This document shows positions 26,049 through 38,085 of a stretch of DNA of 64,000 bases, one piece after another. The notes under the pieces were generated by a model that was given only the letters and a program-made list of their open reading frames with translations, made no database searches and was not told the origin of the DNA. Every line of letters starts with the position of its first letter. Position 1 is the stretch's first letter. Source of the stretch: the human T2T-CHM13v2.0 reference genome, Homo sapiens; the NCBI RefSeq assembly GCF_009914755.1, contig NC_060925.1, one strand, 5' to 3'. Made by a program: the position numbers and the translations under genes.

Positions 26049-26394
26049 TGCTACTGAAGAAATATCTTTATTTCTGCCATTATTTTTGAGTTTACTTATT
26101 AAATATTTATTCCTAGAGTTAAACATTTAACATTTTTAAATTAACCATGTTTTTGGATGGCTGTAAATACCGTGTACTTTACTGACATAAAATCAGCTCT
26201 CTATAAAATGGATCTTATCTATCCCTGAAATGTGTTTATGTCTAATGCATGTATTTCCAATAGCTATGTTTGGTAATATAGAATGTTTTTATAAAAAATT
26301 ATTTGACTTAGGGGCACCATGGTAAATGTATAATAACATGTTATCCTTCTAGGACCTATTGGTGAAGGGCCTTAAGTGTTAAAGAATTGGAAGC

Positions 26395-26785
26395 ATAGTG
26401 GGTAGACTAAGCTACATTAACAAAGAGACCCCAAGTACAATAAATTAAACAAGATGGAATTTTATTACTCTTTCAGGTTAACTGTCTGGAAGTAAACAAT
26501 ATAGGACTGGTAAAGTAGTTCTGTTGTCTTTAAAATGTTACTTTTATCTCTGGCTCCAAGGAGGCTGCTGCAGCTCTCCTCCCCTCCCATTCAGAAGAAA
26601 GGAAGTGGGGTGAGGACCACTGGAACTCACTGCTAACTATTCTAAGAGCAAAACTAGAAGAGATACAAGTCACTTCCTGCCAAACCCCACTGGAGAGAAT
26701 TTGGTGCTATGTAGCCAGCTAAAATTCTGTTACTATAGAAGAACTGGAGAATGAATTCTGGGAGATAGCCAGCAGTCAGCCACAC
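26395..26785 (-). mobile_element. Old MLT1-type (ERVL-MaLR) LTR relic
   Basis: aagctacattaacaaagagacccc...ggctccaaggaggctgctgcagctc...ggagaatgaattctgggagatagccagcagtcagccaca resembles the MLT1J/K/L family. Confidence 0.5.
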
Positions 26786-27345
26786 CTGAATATTTTCAAT
26801 GATTTTGTTAGGAAACTGTACAAAGAACATTTCTAAATACTCCTTAATGATTTTAATGTCCATAACTTAGAATCCCTATGTAAAGGTGGCCTTGCAGCGA
26901 GGCTATCAGTTTCCTTATTAACTCATCTGTGATCAATCTCACTCTTAATGACATATCGTATGGTGACTGGAGACGGGATTTGATTTGTTGCACCTACATC
27001 TGCCCGTTTAAGGAATCCCATAACTATATGAAAACTTTATGTAAAACATAGAAATCATTCTTAAAAATCATAGCTGTGTTCCACATGGAATTCATGAAGA
27101 AAATGCTGCTTCGTATCTTTGGAGAATGTTTGCTTTCATGTTAAAACAGAGCGAAGTCCACCTTTGAGGCTTGTGGTGGGGAGGAGATACACACCCAGAC
27201 CTGTCCATGACTGTGGCCTCAGTTGTTCTTTAGATGATTTCAGCCCCTGAACTTCTGTAAAGTTCCTGCCTTTGCACCGATCACACTAGCTTTTTCGATA
27301 CCCACACTTCCCTTTTGTATCTACTCATTCTTCTTTAGATTGATT

Positions 27346-27393
27346 TTTCTTTTTCTTTCTGTCTTTCTTTTTCGTTGTTTTTCTTTTTCTTTT

Positions 27394-27427
<34 letters not shown>

Positions 27428-27700
27428 ACAGAATCTCACTCTGTCACCCAGGCTGGAATACAGTGGCAAGTTCTTAGCTCACTGCAGCCTCGACCTCCCA
27501 CAGCGATCCTCCCACCTCAGCCCCCAGAGTAGCTGGGATCACAGGCACATGCCACCCCACCTGACTAATTTTTGTATTTTTTGTAGAGACTGGGTTTCAC
27601 CATGTTGCCCAGCTGGTCTCGAACTCCTGGACTCATGTAATCCTCCCACCTCAGCCTCCCAAAGTGCTGGAATTACAGCTGTGAGCCACCATGCCTGGCC
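27346..27700 (-). mobile_element. Alu (J-like) with a long T tract
   Basis: Poly-T, then gacagaatctcactctgtcacccaggctgg...atgcctggcc. Confidence 0.95.
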
Positions 27701-28870
27701 TAGAAAGATCTTTCTATCACTAGTTGAAATGGTCTGGGGAAAAAATATGTATTTTAGAGTTAAAAGTCTGCTACATCAGATCTTAGCTCTTCTGCTTTTA
27801 CCGTGGACACCTCATTAAACCACTCCTATCACTATTTTCCTCTCCCATAAGTGGAACTGGTATCAACCACATAGTGGTGGTAAGAGTATTCAAATAGACA
27901 GTAACAGCTACTGGCCTTGTGATACGTGTTTTATAGACATTTTATATATACTCTATTCATATATCTTTCCTCTGTTAATCCTCTTCATAACTCTCTAAGG
28001 TTGCTTTTATTATCTCCACTTTACACTAAAGGAAGGCAGCGCAGAGAGGTTAAGCAACCTGCCAAGGTCCTACGGTCAGTGCAGAGGATAGATTCAAACC
28101 ACATCCAACTGACTTCCCAGCCTGTCCTAGACGACATAATGAATTACAGCAGTACTTGCATAGTCCCTGCCACAGGATAGGTACTGAGAAGCACTAACTA
28201 TTTGCATTATCATAGGTATTTTTAATAATCAGAACAGGAAGCAAAAAGAAAGAGAAGAAATGTTAAATTCAGTGTCCTTAGGCCCAAAACCTAATTGCCC
28301 TATGTTCGGTGCCTAAGCACTCATTTTTCTGGTTCTCTTAACATATTCACCAAGTGTTTTTAGGATAGTTTAGTTTCTTTTTATGATGCTGTAAAAGGTT
28401 TATGTAAAGACCCTTCAAGGATAGGAACCACTGCATAGAATGCAGGCGTTTTCAGTTTTGAAGCATATTCATAGGAGGCTTTAAATCAACCAACTTACAG
28501 CAAAACAAATGTTCATGGGGTTAATGTCTGGATTTTCAAATGGGTACCTGAAACAGAGCCAGTACATGTACTGATACTCAGAATGTCCTTACGTGACCAC
28601 CCAGGAAGCAAATGCAGATTCTGCTCTGAAAGTTTTTATGTAGCTATATGTACACACACAGACACTCCTCCCACCCACACTCACACCACACTCCTATTTC
28701 TATTCTCTGCTTGAAAAGAATAAGGAGCAGCACATTCCTAAGTTAATTTTTTAGTACTGAGACAAGAGGAAAATAATTTTGTAAAGCTCAACTTGAAATC
28801 GAAATTTTAAGTTCTAAAGTATGGGGATTTTTTTTAACTCACCCTGGGAAATCTTCTTCTTTGTTTCCAG

Positions 28871-28963
28871 TTCTTTTAGATCAGCCTGAGATATGGGGTT
28901 CAGGCCAACCAATTAATCCAAGCATGGAGTCGCCAAAGTTAACAAGGCCTTTTCCCACTGGAA
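28871..28963 (+). CDS. SGIP1: SGIP1 exon, 93 nt ([31 protein letters not shown]), phase 1-1
   Basis: tcttcttctttgtttccag|TTCTTTTAGAT...ACTGGAA|gtaagt. Confidence 0.96.
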
Positions 28964-31544
28964 GTAAGTTATGTGTCTGCTCTGTCTGGAAAAATAAGTG
29001 ACTCATTTTAGTGTCTGTCTGCATAGTGAAATTAGGCAACTCTTAAAAAGTCTATGTAAGCAACATTAGAACTGAATAATATTAAGAAGAGATGTTATTC
29101 TAACAGGCTTTCAAGTTAAAGAACTCAGGGCAGGTTATGAAGACAGGAAGAAAATAACATAATAAAGCAAATTATTAACCTTGAATCATAGCCTTTTCTG
29201 AAATCCCACATGCTTATTCATTCATTTATTCATTGTACATAAGTAAGAATAAGAAGCAAGGGAGCTAAAGAAACTACTGCATTCCAGGCATTAGGCTATC
29301 ATATAACACAGAGGTGAACAAGTCTAATACGGTCTCTGCTCATCCTATAGAGCAACTGAGGCTGCACAGGACAGAAAGGACACATTGATAGGAAAGAGTG
29401 ACAATTGGGGAACAAGAGAACTGAGGCTATATGGTAGAGAGAAGCTGAGATAGTAGATCAGAGTAAATGTATGTGAAAGTTGCCATCAGTCTGGCTTCTT
29501 CCAGCATGACCCAGGCGGCTGGGAAAGGAGGTCCTGAAGATCCAGATAGCCCTTCACCGGTGGTGGGTTGGGCTATTTGGACTGAATGGATTGTTCATCA
29601 GGTAAAGCCACCCTTCTTAAAGATTTATTGAATTCCCTTTTCAGTAGACTGCCTCTGAAGCATGCCTGTGGAAAGCACTCTTTTCAAAAAAAGGTGTTTG
29701 GGGAGGAGAGAGATGCAGAGGATGTTTTTACTCCTTTGGGCTCACATACAGACCAACCAATACTTTTTCCAGTTCAGCATCTCCAGAGCTTACGCCTTGG
29801 TGCCTAAAGGTGATCATGAGAATTAACCGCGGGGATTCATAATCAAAGGCCAAGAGGTTGTTTGTTGGAAATATTATTGCTATAAAGCCGTGTGATCTAG
29901 CCTTTCCAAAGATATTTCCCTCATTAAACAGGATAGGAAAAACGTCATTATCAACAATTTTTTAAAAACTTCTGAACTTTGAAAAATGTATTTTTAAAAT
30001 ATTTGAACCACAGTGGCATGATTTTGAATGTTTTCCCCTGCAAAACAAAACTAGTGAAAAAGCTGTAACTTCCTTGAAAAGCTTTCTTTACAGACCTGAG
30101 CTATGCAAGTGATCCCTAGAAAACCCTTTCCTAAATGCCAAGAAAGTAAATGAATTGTTTATGGAGGTGATGTATTGGTTTTAACTATTGGTATTTCAGA
30201 GCTGTGAGTCTTACGTGCTGTGGTTACACTTAGCACAGCACAGGCTGTTGTTTAATTGATGTGCATTATATCATTCTGCTCATGTTGTAGTTGCAGCATA
30301 AGTTTTCTATTTTAGCTTATTAGGCTTTTACAGTATTTTATTTGTTTTTATGGTATTTTGTTGATTATGACCTTGATTTTTGGCAGAGATCCTTAATCAG
30401 GAGCAGAGCCCCTGATTGACTCTTAACTTCTGTGGGAAAATATGGTCCACTAGAGGTGTAGCTTTCAGAAGCTCATAATTAAGATTAAGAACCACATATT
30501 CCTAGGCTTTAGGATGAGGGTTGTTAGTCATACTTATTGTGTGGAAGAACAGGATGCTACCTAAAAATAATAAATAAAGTACGGGAAGGGGAGGAGGAGG
30601 GAGGAATGACAGAAAAAGCTTCTTCCTAATTTAGGCAAGTGGAAGGTACCAGCAAGCGCTCTCCAGCCATGTGCCTACCTGCCTCCCTCTGCGTTTAGGT
30701 TATGAGAGATTGGACGGCATTCAGATTCACAGCTAAACTTTGGGATGGCCTGTGAAATTAGTGTGAACTCTTTGAATCTACCAGATAGGACCAGTGACAA
30801 GAAAACATACACTTAAAGAAAGAGGAAGAAGAAATGAACCAGTTGAAACAGTAATTCCAAACTTTGCCCACAAAGTGACAAGTCCAGCTCAGAAGGGTGA
30901 ATCTCTTCGTAGGGACCATGATACTTGATTTGGCTGTAATTTTTGTCAAAGGAATCTGTTCATTCCTCCTTGACCCAAGCAGTTAGTTTGCTTCTAACTT
31001 TAAAAAATGTACTAAAATTTAAGAAATATAATTTTGAGAAATCTTTCCCAACTCAATCTGGACACTAAGATCCTGACTGGATTAAAAACCCCTCACAGGA
31101 GCCCCCACCCAACCTGTGATTTCCGTTATCAAACCCTCGACTGTAACTGTCAGCGGACATGATTTCATTCAGTCAGTCATAAATCCCTTGAGGCCAAAGA
31201 CTATTTTTATTCAACCCTATGACCCTAGTTCCTAGTACAGGAGGTAGGACGTAGTTGCTGCTTGAGGTTTGTGTGTTGAATCATATTTACATGAATAAAA
31301 TGGTGATATTATTATTACTGTCCAACATTCTCTTGACGTTCTCTTATTCTCATAAAATGGAACAATCTGAATGGGTTCTGCCTCAGTTCTTTGGCTTTGA
31401 ACTTCAAAGAAGTAGACCATTAATTGCTATTCCATTTCCAATAGCAGGAATATAACTGAAAGCCCAAATCCTGCTTATTTAAAGTGTATTGTATGACTTA
31501 GGAAGAACATGACCAATGATACTTAATTTCTCATCTTTTTGCAG

Positions 31545-31619
31545 CACCTCCACCACTGCCTCCAAAAAATGTACCAGCTACCCCACCCCGAACAGGATCC
31601 CCCTTAACAATTGGACCAG
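31545..31619 (+). CDS. SGIP1: SGIP1 exon, 75 nt ([25 protein letters not shown]), phase 1-1
   Basis: tctcatctttttgcag|CACCTCCA...GGACCAG|gtacgc. Confidence 0.96.
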
Positions 31620-33735
31620 GTACGCTTTTGTTTTTTCAGTTCTGGGATGATGTGTCAAACAGAGCAGTGGCCCCGGATGAACATGCCCTTGATGTGTTGA
31701 AAACTGTAGGCTACACAAAAACATCACAATGTTGGCATTCAGTTTTGCTTTCATTAGAATTTCTTATGCAGACTTATTTTAAAGCACCACTTCCAGGTTT
31801 CACACACACAAAAAAGTAATAATTTCTCAGTTAATTTTTCCTTGGTATAATTTTGTTGAATGAGGGACATTTTGTAACACGAAATGAAAAAAATCTCAAT
31901 ATGAAAATTCATTGTTTAATTAACCCCTCACTTCGTTGGATCTCGTTTTAATGATTTACAAATTCATAGTCTCAAAGCACAGTTGGTATTTTTTCAAGAG
32001 AATTTTGCTAAGTCTAAAACTATCTAGTCTGTGAAGACATAAAATGGTTCCCAGGGTGTGCAGCATACTGGTGGTGGGGAAATTCTTTTTCATTCAAGTA
32101 TTTATTATCTCATGGCAAGGAGATATGTAAAGATTATGAAATATGGCAAGGAATTGCTACACACCTGTAGACAGATAATGCTTAAGGCACACCTTTACCA
32201 TCTATTAAAATCAATACTATGTATTCATACAATTTATAGTCTGCCAAGTCTTACTGGACTAGCAAATCAAAAGTAGTAATAGCTGTTATGTGCCTGGGCC
32301 CTTAGAATGTGGTTCTTTATCACCTTCGGAATTCTGTTGCAGCTTCATCCTTTGCTATTTATGCAGCCTGGTGAGTTTGATAGCTGCAGAGTGGGGCATT
32401 CATCAACAAAAGCAAAAGCACGATGTAGTTATTTATGAAATTTATATTGACTCAAACCCAATAGAGAGTCATCCAGAGCTTCATAAGTAAAGATGTTTGC
32501 AGGTTCAAGACATTTTGGCCCCTTTTATTTCCACAAATTGTGTTAGATATAAATATACCTACTAGCACAAGATTATAAATATTGCGGACTATGCAAAATG
32601 CTTCCCCATTTATCTGTAGCCTTGGAACCTTGAAAGTTAATTCCTTTCAAGCTAGAAATATAGAAATACTAAGATGGCTCATATAGCCCAAGAGTTATAT
32701 AAAGGTAAAGTGACTTCTGTTCATGCCTTCCAGTTATTTAGGTAGCAATTTGTAATGTGAATAATCTCAGTTTTTAAAAAGTGCAGTTCTTCATACAGAG
32801 CTGTAGAAGATCATTCTTAATTCTTTCTCTTATTATTGCTATGAGTTAAAAAGAATAGCTTATGCTAATATTTTAGCAAAACAGACATGTTGGTATCATG
32901 ACAACATATAGATAAATATCACAGTTATGCTTATGAGGTTGACAGGTTAGACTTAATGAGAAAAGAAATTATTTAAAAATTTTTAAATTATTTTCTTCTC
33001 TATTAAGCAGGTATATATGTAACAGTTCTAATAAGTAGCAAATGCCTCCTCAATAATCTATGTGTGTGTTGTGTGTGGGGTGTATATATCTGTATTTGTA
33101 AGTATCTTTGTGGTGATACCTTCTTAATCTTTGTACTGTGTTTCTGGTGTTTTTTAAGGTTGAGGATATACAGCTAAATACGATGTGATCACTTCTTAAA
33201 ATTAACAAATATTATAATCAGTTTCACCAAAGTCTTGATTTAATATACAAGAGTAGACAATCTTTATAAAATGTGAGGCCAACTTTGACTTCTCAATTCT
33301 TATATTGTGTGATGTGTATTTTATTAGGCCAGATTTTCAGAAGGGACCTTGCTTTTGGAATTTGCAGTCCCAGAGCCTGTACTTTTCTGTGAATCTAATA
33401 CTGCCTTCTCAAAATGATCACACTTGGTGCACCTGTGAGCAGCCTTCGAGAGCAGTATCATGCACAGCACTTTACATGATGGTCAAAGTAGCTAGCTGTG
33501 CTCAGCTTGCAAAAAAGAGTAAACAATAGCATAAAAATATGATGCTCACTTTGTGGAGGGGGGATCTCTCCCCTCACCTTAGGCTCCTAATCCAATAAAG
33601 ATATTTTTACATCATGAAGTATGCCCACTGAGGCACCTCAGACACCAATGTATTTTCCAGTCTTTGCCTCCCTCCCTCACTCCCCACACAAATAATAAGT
33701 CAATTAAAGTTTAAAATCAACTACTTTAACCACAG

Positions 33736-34236
33736 GAAATGACCAGTCAGCCACAGAGGTCAAAATTGAAAAACTACCATCCATCAATGACTTGGACAGC
33801 ATTTTTGGGCCAGTATTGTCCCCCAAGTCTGTTGCTGTTAATGCTGAAGAAAAGTGGGTCCATTTTTCTGATACATCCCCGGAACATGTTACTCCGGAGT
33901 TGACTCCAAGGGAAAAAGTGGTGTCCCCACCAGCTACACCAGACAACCCAGCTGACTCCCCAGCTCCAGGCCCTCTCGGCCCCCCAGGTCCCACAGGCCC
34001 CCCAGGGCCTCCTGGGCCTCCTCGCAATGTACTATCGCCGCTCAATTTAGAAGAAGTCCAGAAGAAAGTCGCTGAGCAGACCTTCATTAAAGATGATTAC
34101 TTAGAAACAATCTCATCTCCTAAAGATTTTGGGTTGGGACAAAGAGCAACTCCACCTCCCCCACCACCACCCACCTACAGGACTGTGGTTTCGTCCCCCG
34201 GACCTGGCTCGGGCCCTGGTCCGGGGACCACCAGTG
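33736..34236 (+). CDS. SGIP1: SGIP1 large proline-rich exon, 501 nt (GNDQSATEV...PGPGTTS), phase 1-1, probably a cassette exon
   Basis: ctttaaccacag|GAAATGAC...ACCAGTG|gtatgt. Overlaps ORF 33792..34253; length is divisible by 3. Confidence 0.97.
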
Positions 34237-35561
34237 GTATGTCTTATGCTTGAGTGTGCTTCTTGTGACGGGGAATGGCCATGGCTGCTGCAGTGTGAGC
34301 AACACCGTCCTCCTGCCTGGCAGCTGGCTTCAGAGCTTCAGCCCTCACTCCTCTAGTCTGGGTGTCCTGTGGCCCCACAGCATGTCCTAGTCCATCAGAT
34401 GCTCACAGTCATGGTCCAAGTCTGTGGATGTGTTCTGCCTTGCACTCCCAGCCCTTAGGTGTGCCCTGCCATCCACGCTGCAGTTAAGAGGTCTTGATTT
34501 CTAAAACAAAGCTGTCATGCCATTGTTTGGAATTCAGGAAAGTTCTAGGAAGACAGATTTCACAGAGAGTGGGTTTCATGTTAAATGTCTGATTTCCTTG
34601 TCGGATGCCCCCACAAGGACACTAGGTTTTGTGGGCCAATGTGTTATGTGTGTATGTAGGCAAGCAGGAGGGGGTGGGTGGGCTTCTTTTTTTTTTCTAT
34701 TTTTTTCTTTTCTTTTTTGGTTGTGGAAGAACCACGTTAACCCCTCTAATTTCTTTAAAAAGACATAAGGTTTGAAAAGGAGATTTTAGGAAGAAGCAAA
34801 AGAAAAAAAATGGGATACATATATTGCATCTGTAATCCAATCAAGCTGTCACTGAAGACAAACTTGATCTCTGTTCTCACCAGTTGACACACTCATCAGG
34901 CTATAGGTCAACTCTAAGTGTGGTGACAGGTGATGGACTCTATGCCAATTCTGATACTGAATTTTCTTTTGCTTATTTGAAGCTTCATTTTGTGTGTTTT
35001 AATTATGAAAGTATAGTAACACCTACCATGCATACCAAAGCAATATCAATATTTTCAAATGCATCTTCCCCCATATCATTTATTCCACTGTTGCCCAAAT
35101 TTGTCTGACAACATCCCCCAGCGCTTTCCTTCCTGTGCATGTGGGTTCAGTTTAGGGGCCTTCAGGGGGTGCCATGTATTTGTTTTTCCTTTTGCTGTGA
35201 AAGAGGCAATAAAGTGTAAGGTACTTAAATCTAGTAAGAGACAGAAATTCTAATATTCAGTCATCATCACTGCCTCTTTCAATGAGGTCTTGCAGAACTT
35301 GCTCTGTGCTTGCAAATGCTTCTGTGCTTAAAGTGAGAGCATCCGTGGTGATCAAGAAGAGTGCTAGGAGTTCACCCGTACTGCACACAAAACCAGTGCT
35401 TTATATCTTTAGATGTGTATGCTTCCAGGTCCTCTTCCCCTCAAAAGGAAAACTATTCAAAATCAGCAAGTATTTTTACCATAAGACCTTTGGGAGCCTT
35501 TATTTTGCAAATAGTAGAAACCACAGTTTCTTATCCTGGGCACCACACTGTTTGTTTGTTT

Positions 35562-35882
35562 CTTTTCTTTTTTTTTTTTTTTTTTTTTTTTTTTGACAAG
35601 GTCTTGCTCTGATGCCCAGGCTGGAGTGCAGTACATCTCAGCTCACTGTAACCTCCGCCTCCGGGTTCAAGCAATTCTCCTGCCTTAGCCTCCTGAGTAG
35701 CTGGGATTATAGGTGTGTGCCACCAGACCCAGCTACTTTTTTTCAGTAGAGACAGGGTTTTCAGTAGAGACAGAGTTTCACCATATTGGCTAGGCTGGTC
35801 TCGAACTCCTGGCCTCAAGTGACCCACCTGCCTCAGCCTCCCAAAGTGCTGGGATTATAGGCTTGAGCTACCGCGCCCAGCC
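35562..35882 (-). mobile_element. Alu (S-like) with an internal 18-nt tandem duplication
   Basis: Antisense Alu; ttttcagtagagacag(g/a)g is repeated at 35740-35775. Confidence 0.95.
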
Positions 35883-35899
35883 CTAAATCCTTTTTGGCC

Positions 35900-36090
35900 C
35901 TAAATGCTTTTTGTACATTATTTCATACAACACCACCCTGTGGTAGATACTGTTATCTTTCCCTTTTTACAGATGGGAAAACTGAGGCTCAGAGATATCA
36001 AGTAATTTGCCCAAGTTTACAAGCTGGAGGCAATGAACTGGATTCATACTCAGGTCTGTCTGAGCTGGAGCCTATGTTGTTAACCAGTGT
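35900..36090 (-). mobile_element. MIR SINE relic
   Basis: ttttacagatgggaaaactgaggctcagaga...aagtaatttgcccaag. Confidence 0.75.
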
Positions 36091-37541
36091 GCTCTCCAGG
36101 CACTTTTGTAAGGTTTGGTCATAAATATTCCAAACTTATTTGACTACTGACACCCATCTACACTGCACAGTGTCATCGACAAGATCACCAAAAGTCTTCT
36201 CTCAAAATGTACTCGTCTGTGCTCCTCTAATTCTAGAGGGTTACAGCATCCATCTCCATCCCTCTATTGTTCTTTCAGGTCTTTGAGGGGATACAAAGCT
36301 CCTTATCTACCTGTAAAGATAATAAAGAACCACTATGTAAATCCTCCAAACCACAAACCCAAAGACATTACTCGTCCGTTATAAAAGAGGGGTGTGTACT
36401 TTTATTTTCTATGCAGCTCTCTTAAGCCAGACTCTCAGTCTCCTAAAAGGACATTTAAAGAATACCCACTTCCCTCCAAGGGTAGGCCACAATGCTGTCC
36501 TCAAAGGAAACATCTTTATCAGGAGTAGAGAGGACAGGTGGCTTTGGTAATTCATCTGTGTTTCATCTAACACCTTTCATAAAGCTCTCGAAGATATTTG
36601 TTCAATTGAATTTACCACTGATCTAATTAGGAAGAAAGGAAACTTTGTTTTCTTTCTGGAATTTTTGAGAGTTTTGTTGTGATTTTAATGTTTAGCTTCC
36701 ATACCTTTATTTGAAATTATTTTAAAATGTCACCAGTAAAGACTCTTGATTCTTCATAATTAAGCTGGAAAAAGCTTGACTTTACTGGTATTTAAAGATT
36801 GGATTTCTACGTAGAAAATTGAACTGGGCCACTGAAGTTTGTGAATAAATAAAACTCTGCAGTATTATCTCTTTAAGTAAGTCCCAGTTTATTTGCTGCT
36901 TAATCTTTTATTGGTGGAACATATACAAGCTGGAAGAAATATAAATTTAAGATTGAAACAATAGGGTATGGCCTCATGTTTTAAAGATTAGCAATGCTTC
37001 TCACTACCTGCTTTTCATAACATTAGGCCTGATTAAACTAACTTTCTTGTATTTCTCGAAGCATATTTAATTGTATACCACTATGCACTCATTTTTAAAA
37101 TTTTATTCACAGCAAGGTGATTGTCACTGACCAAGTATAGACAGTACTGATAACCTTGTGAATCAGAAGAGGTACCTGCTATTGAAAAGCAGTTGGAAGT
37201 TAAGAATTTGCTCCAATAACTTCAATTTCCTTATGTCAAAAGTTATAAATACCTGTTTTGGCCAGAACAGTACTTTACTGGAATGCTGGTTCTTGGCAAA
37301 GTCTCTCTTCTCCCATGTGGGTTGTGTGCCAGAGGCTGGAGGCAAAGAGTTTTGTTGGCTTGCACCACGTTTGAGGGCCAGGGAAAGAAAGGAGTAAGTA
37401 AAGAAAGAATGTTCAGTGCAACATTTTCCAACTTGGGAAACTAAAGATGTTATATGCAAACACACAGTCAATAAACAAATTAGTCTGAGCTACCTAGGGT
37501 TGAATTAACTGAATATATTTCCTAACTACAAGTCTTTTAGA

Positions 37542-37742
37542 GCAGCAATGTCCAATACAGTAGTACCTAGCCGCATGTGGTTATTTTAATTATAATTTTA
37601 GTTGCTTAACATTAATATAAAAAGTTCATTCTTTAGATACAGCAGCCACAATTCAAGTGCTCAGTGGCTATATGTGGCTAGCAACTATCTTATTAGACAG
37701 TTCTAGAATATTTTCACCATTGCAGACAGCTCTATTAGTAAT
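37542..37742 (-). mobile_element. MER3 (hAT-Charlie) relic
   Basis: tgtccaatac...tagccgcatgtgg...gccacaattcaagtgctcagtggctatatgtggctag...attttcaccattgcaga. Confidence 0.7.
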
Positions 37743-37894
37743 GTTTCAGGGCTTTTAATGTGTTAGTCATCAAAAAGAGAAACATAGCATACAATCATTT
37801 ACATACATATTTAGTGGTTTGTTCAAAGAAATGGTATCATTATGGTCTAAGAAACACAATTTGGGAAAGGTTGTTTAGTTTTTCACATATCTCA

Positions 37895-38085
37895 AAGTGC
37901 ATATGTTTTAATTCACTTGATTCTCCCAGCAACAGCATGAACTATTAGCCTCATTTTGTGGATTAGGAAACTGTAGTTTAAAAAGGTAACTTAGCTGTGG
38001 TCACAAAGCTAGTAAGTAGCAGAGCCAGGTTATGGTCCCAGATCTGTTGGATTCCACGGCCTGTGCCTTGACCACTTCTCCCAGC
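37895..38085 (-). mobile_element. MIR SINE relic
   Basis: cattttgtggattaggaaactg...ggtaactt...gtcacaaagctagtaagtagcagagccagg. Confidence 0.65.

Noticed and set aside
33661-33735. Upstream acceptor (ttttccag) that would extend the 501-nt exon by 75 nt
   Set aside because: Contains an in-frame TAA; no evidence of use.
33704-34087. 127-aa Gly-rich antisense ORF
   Set aside because: Shadow of the Pro-rich SGIP1 exon.
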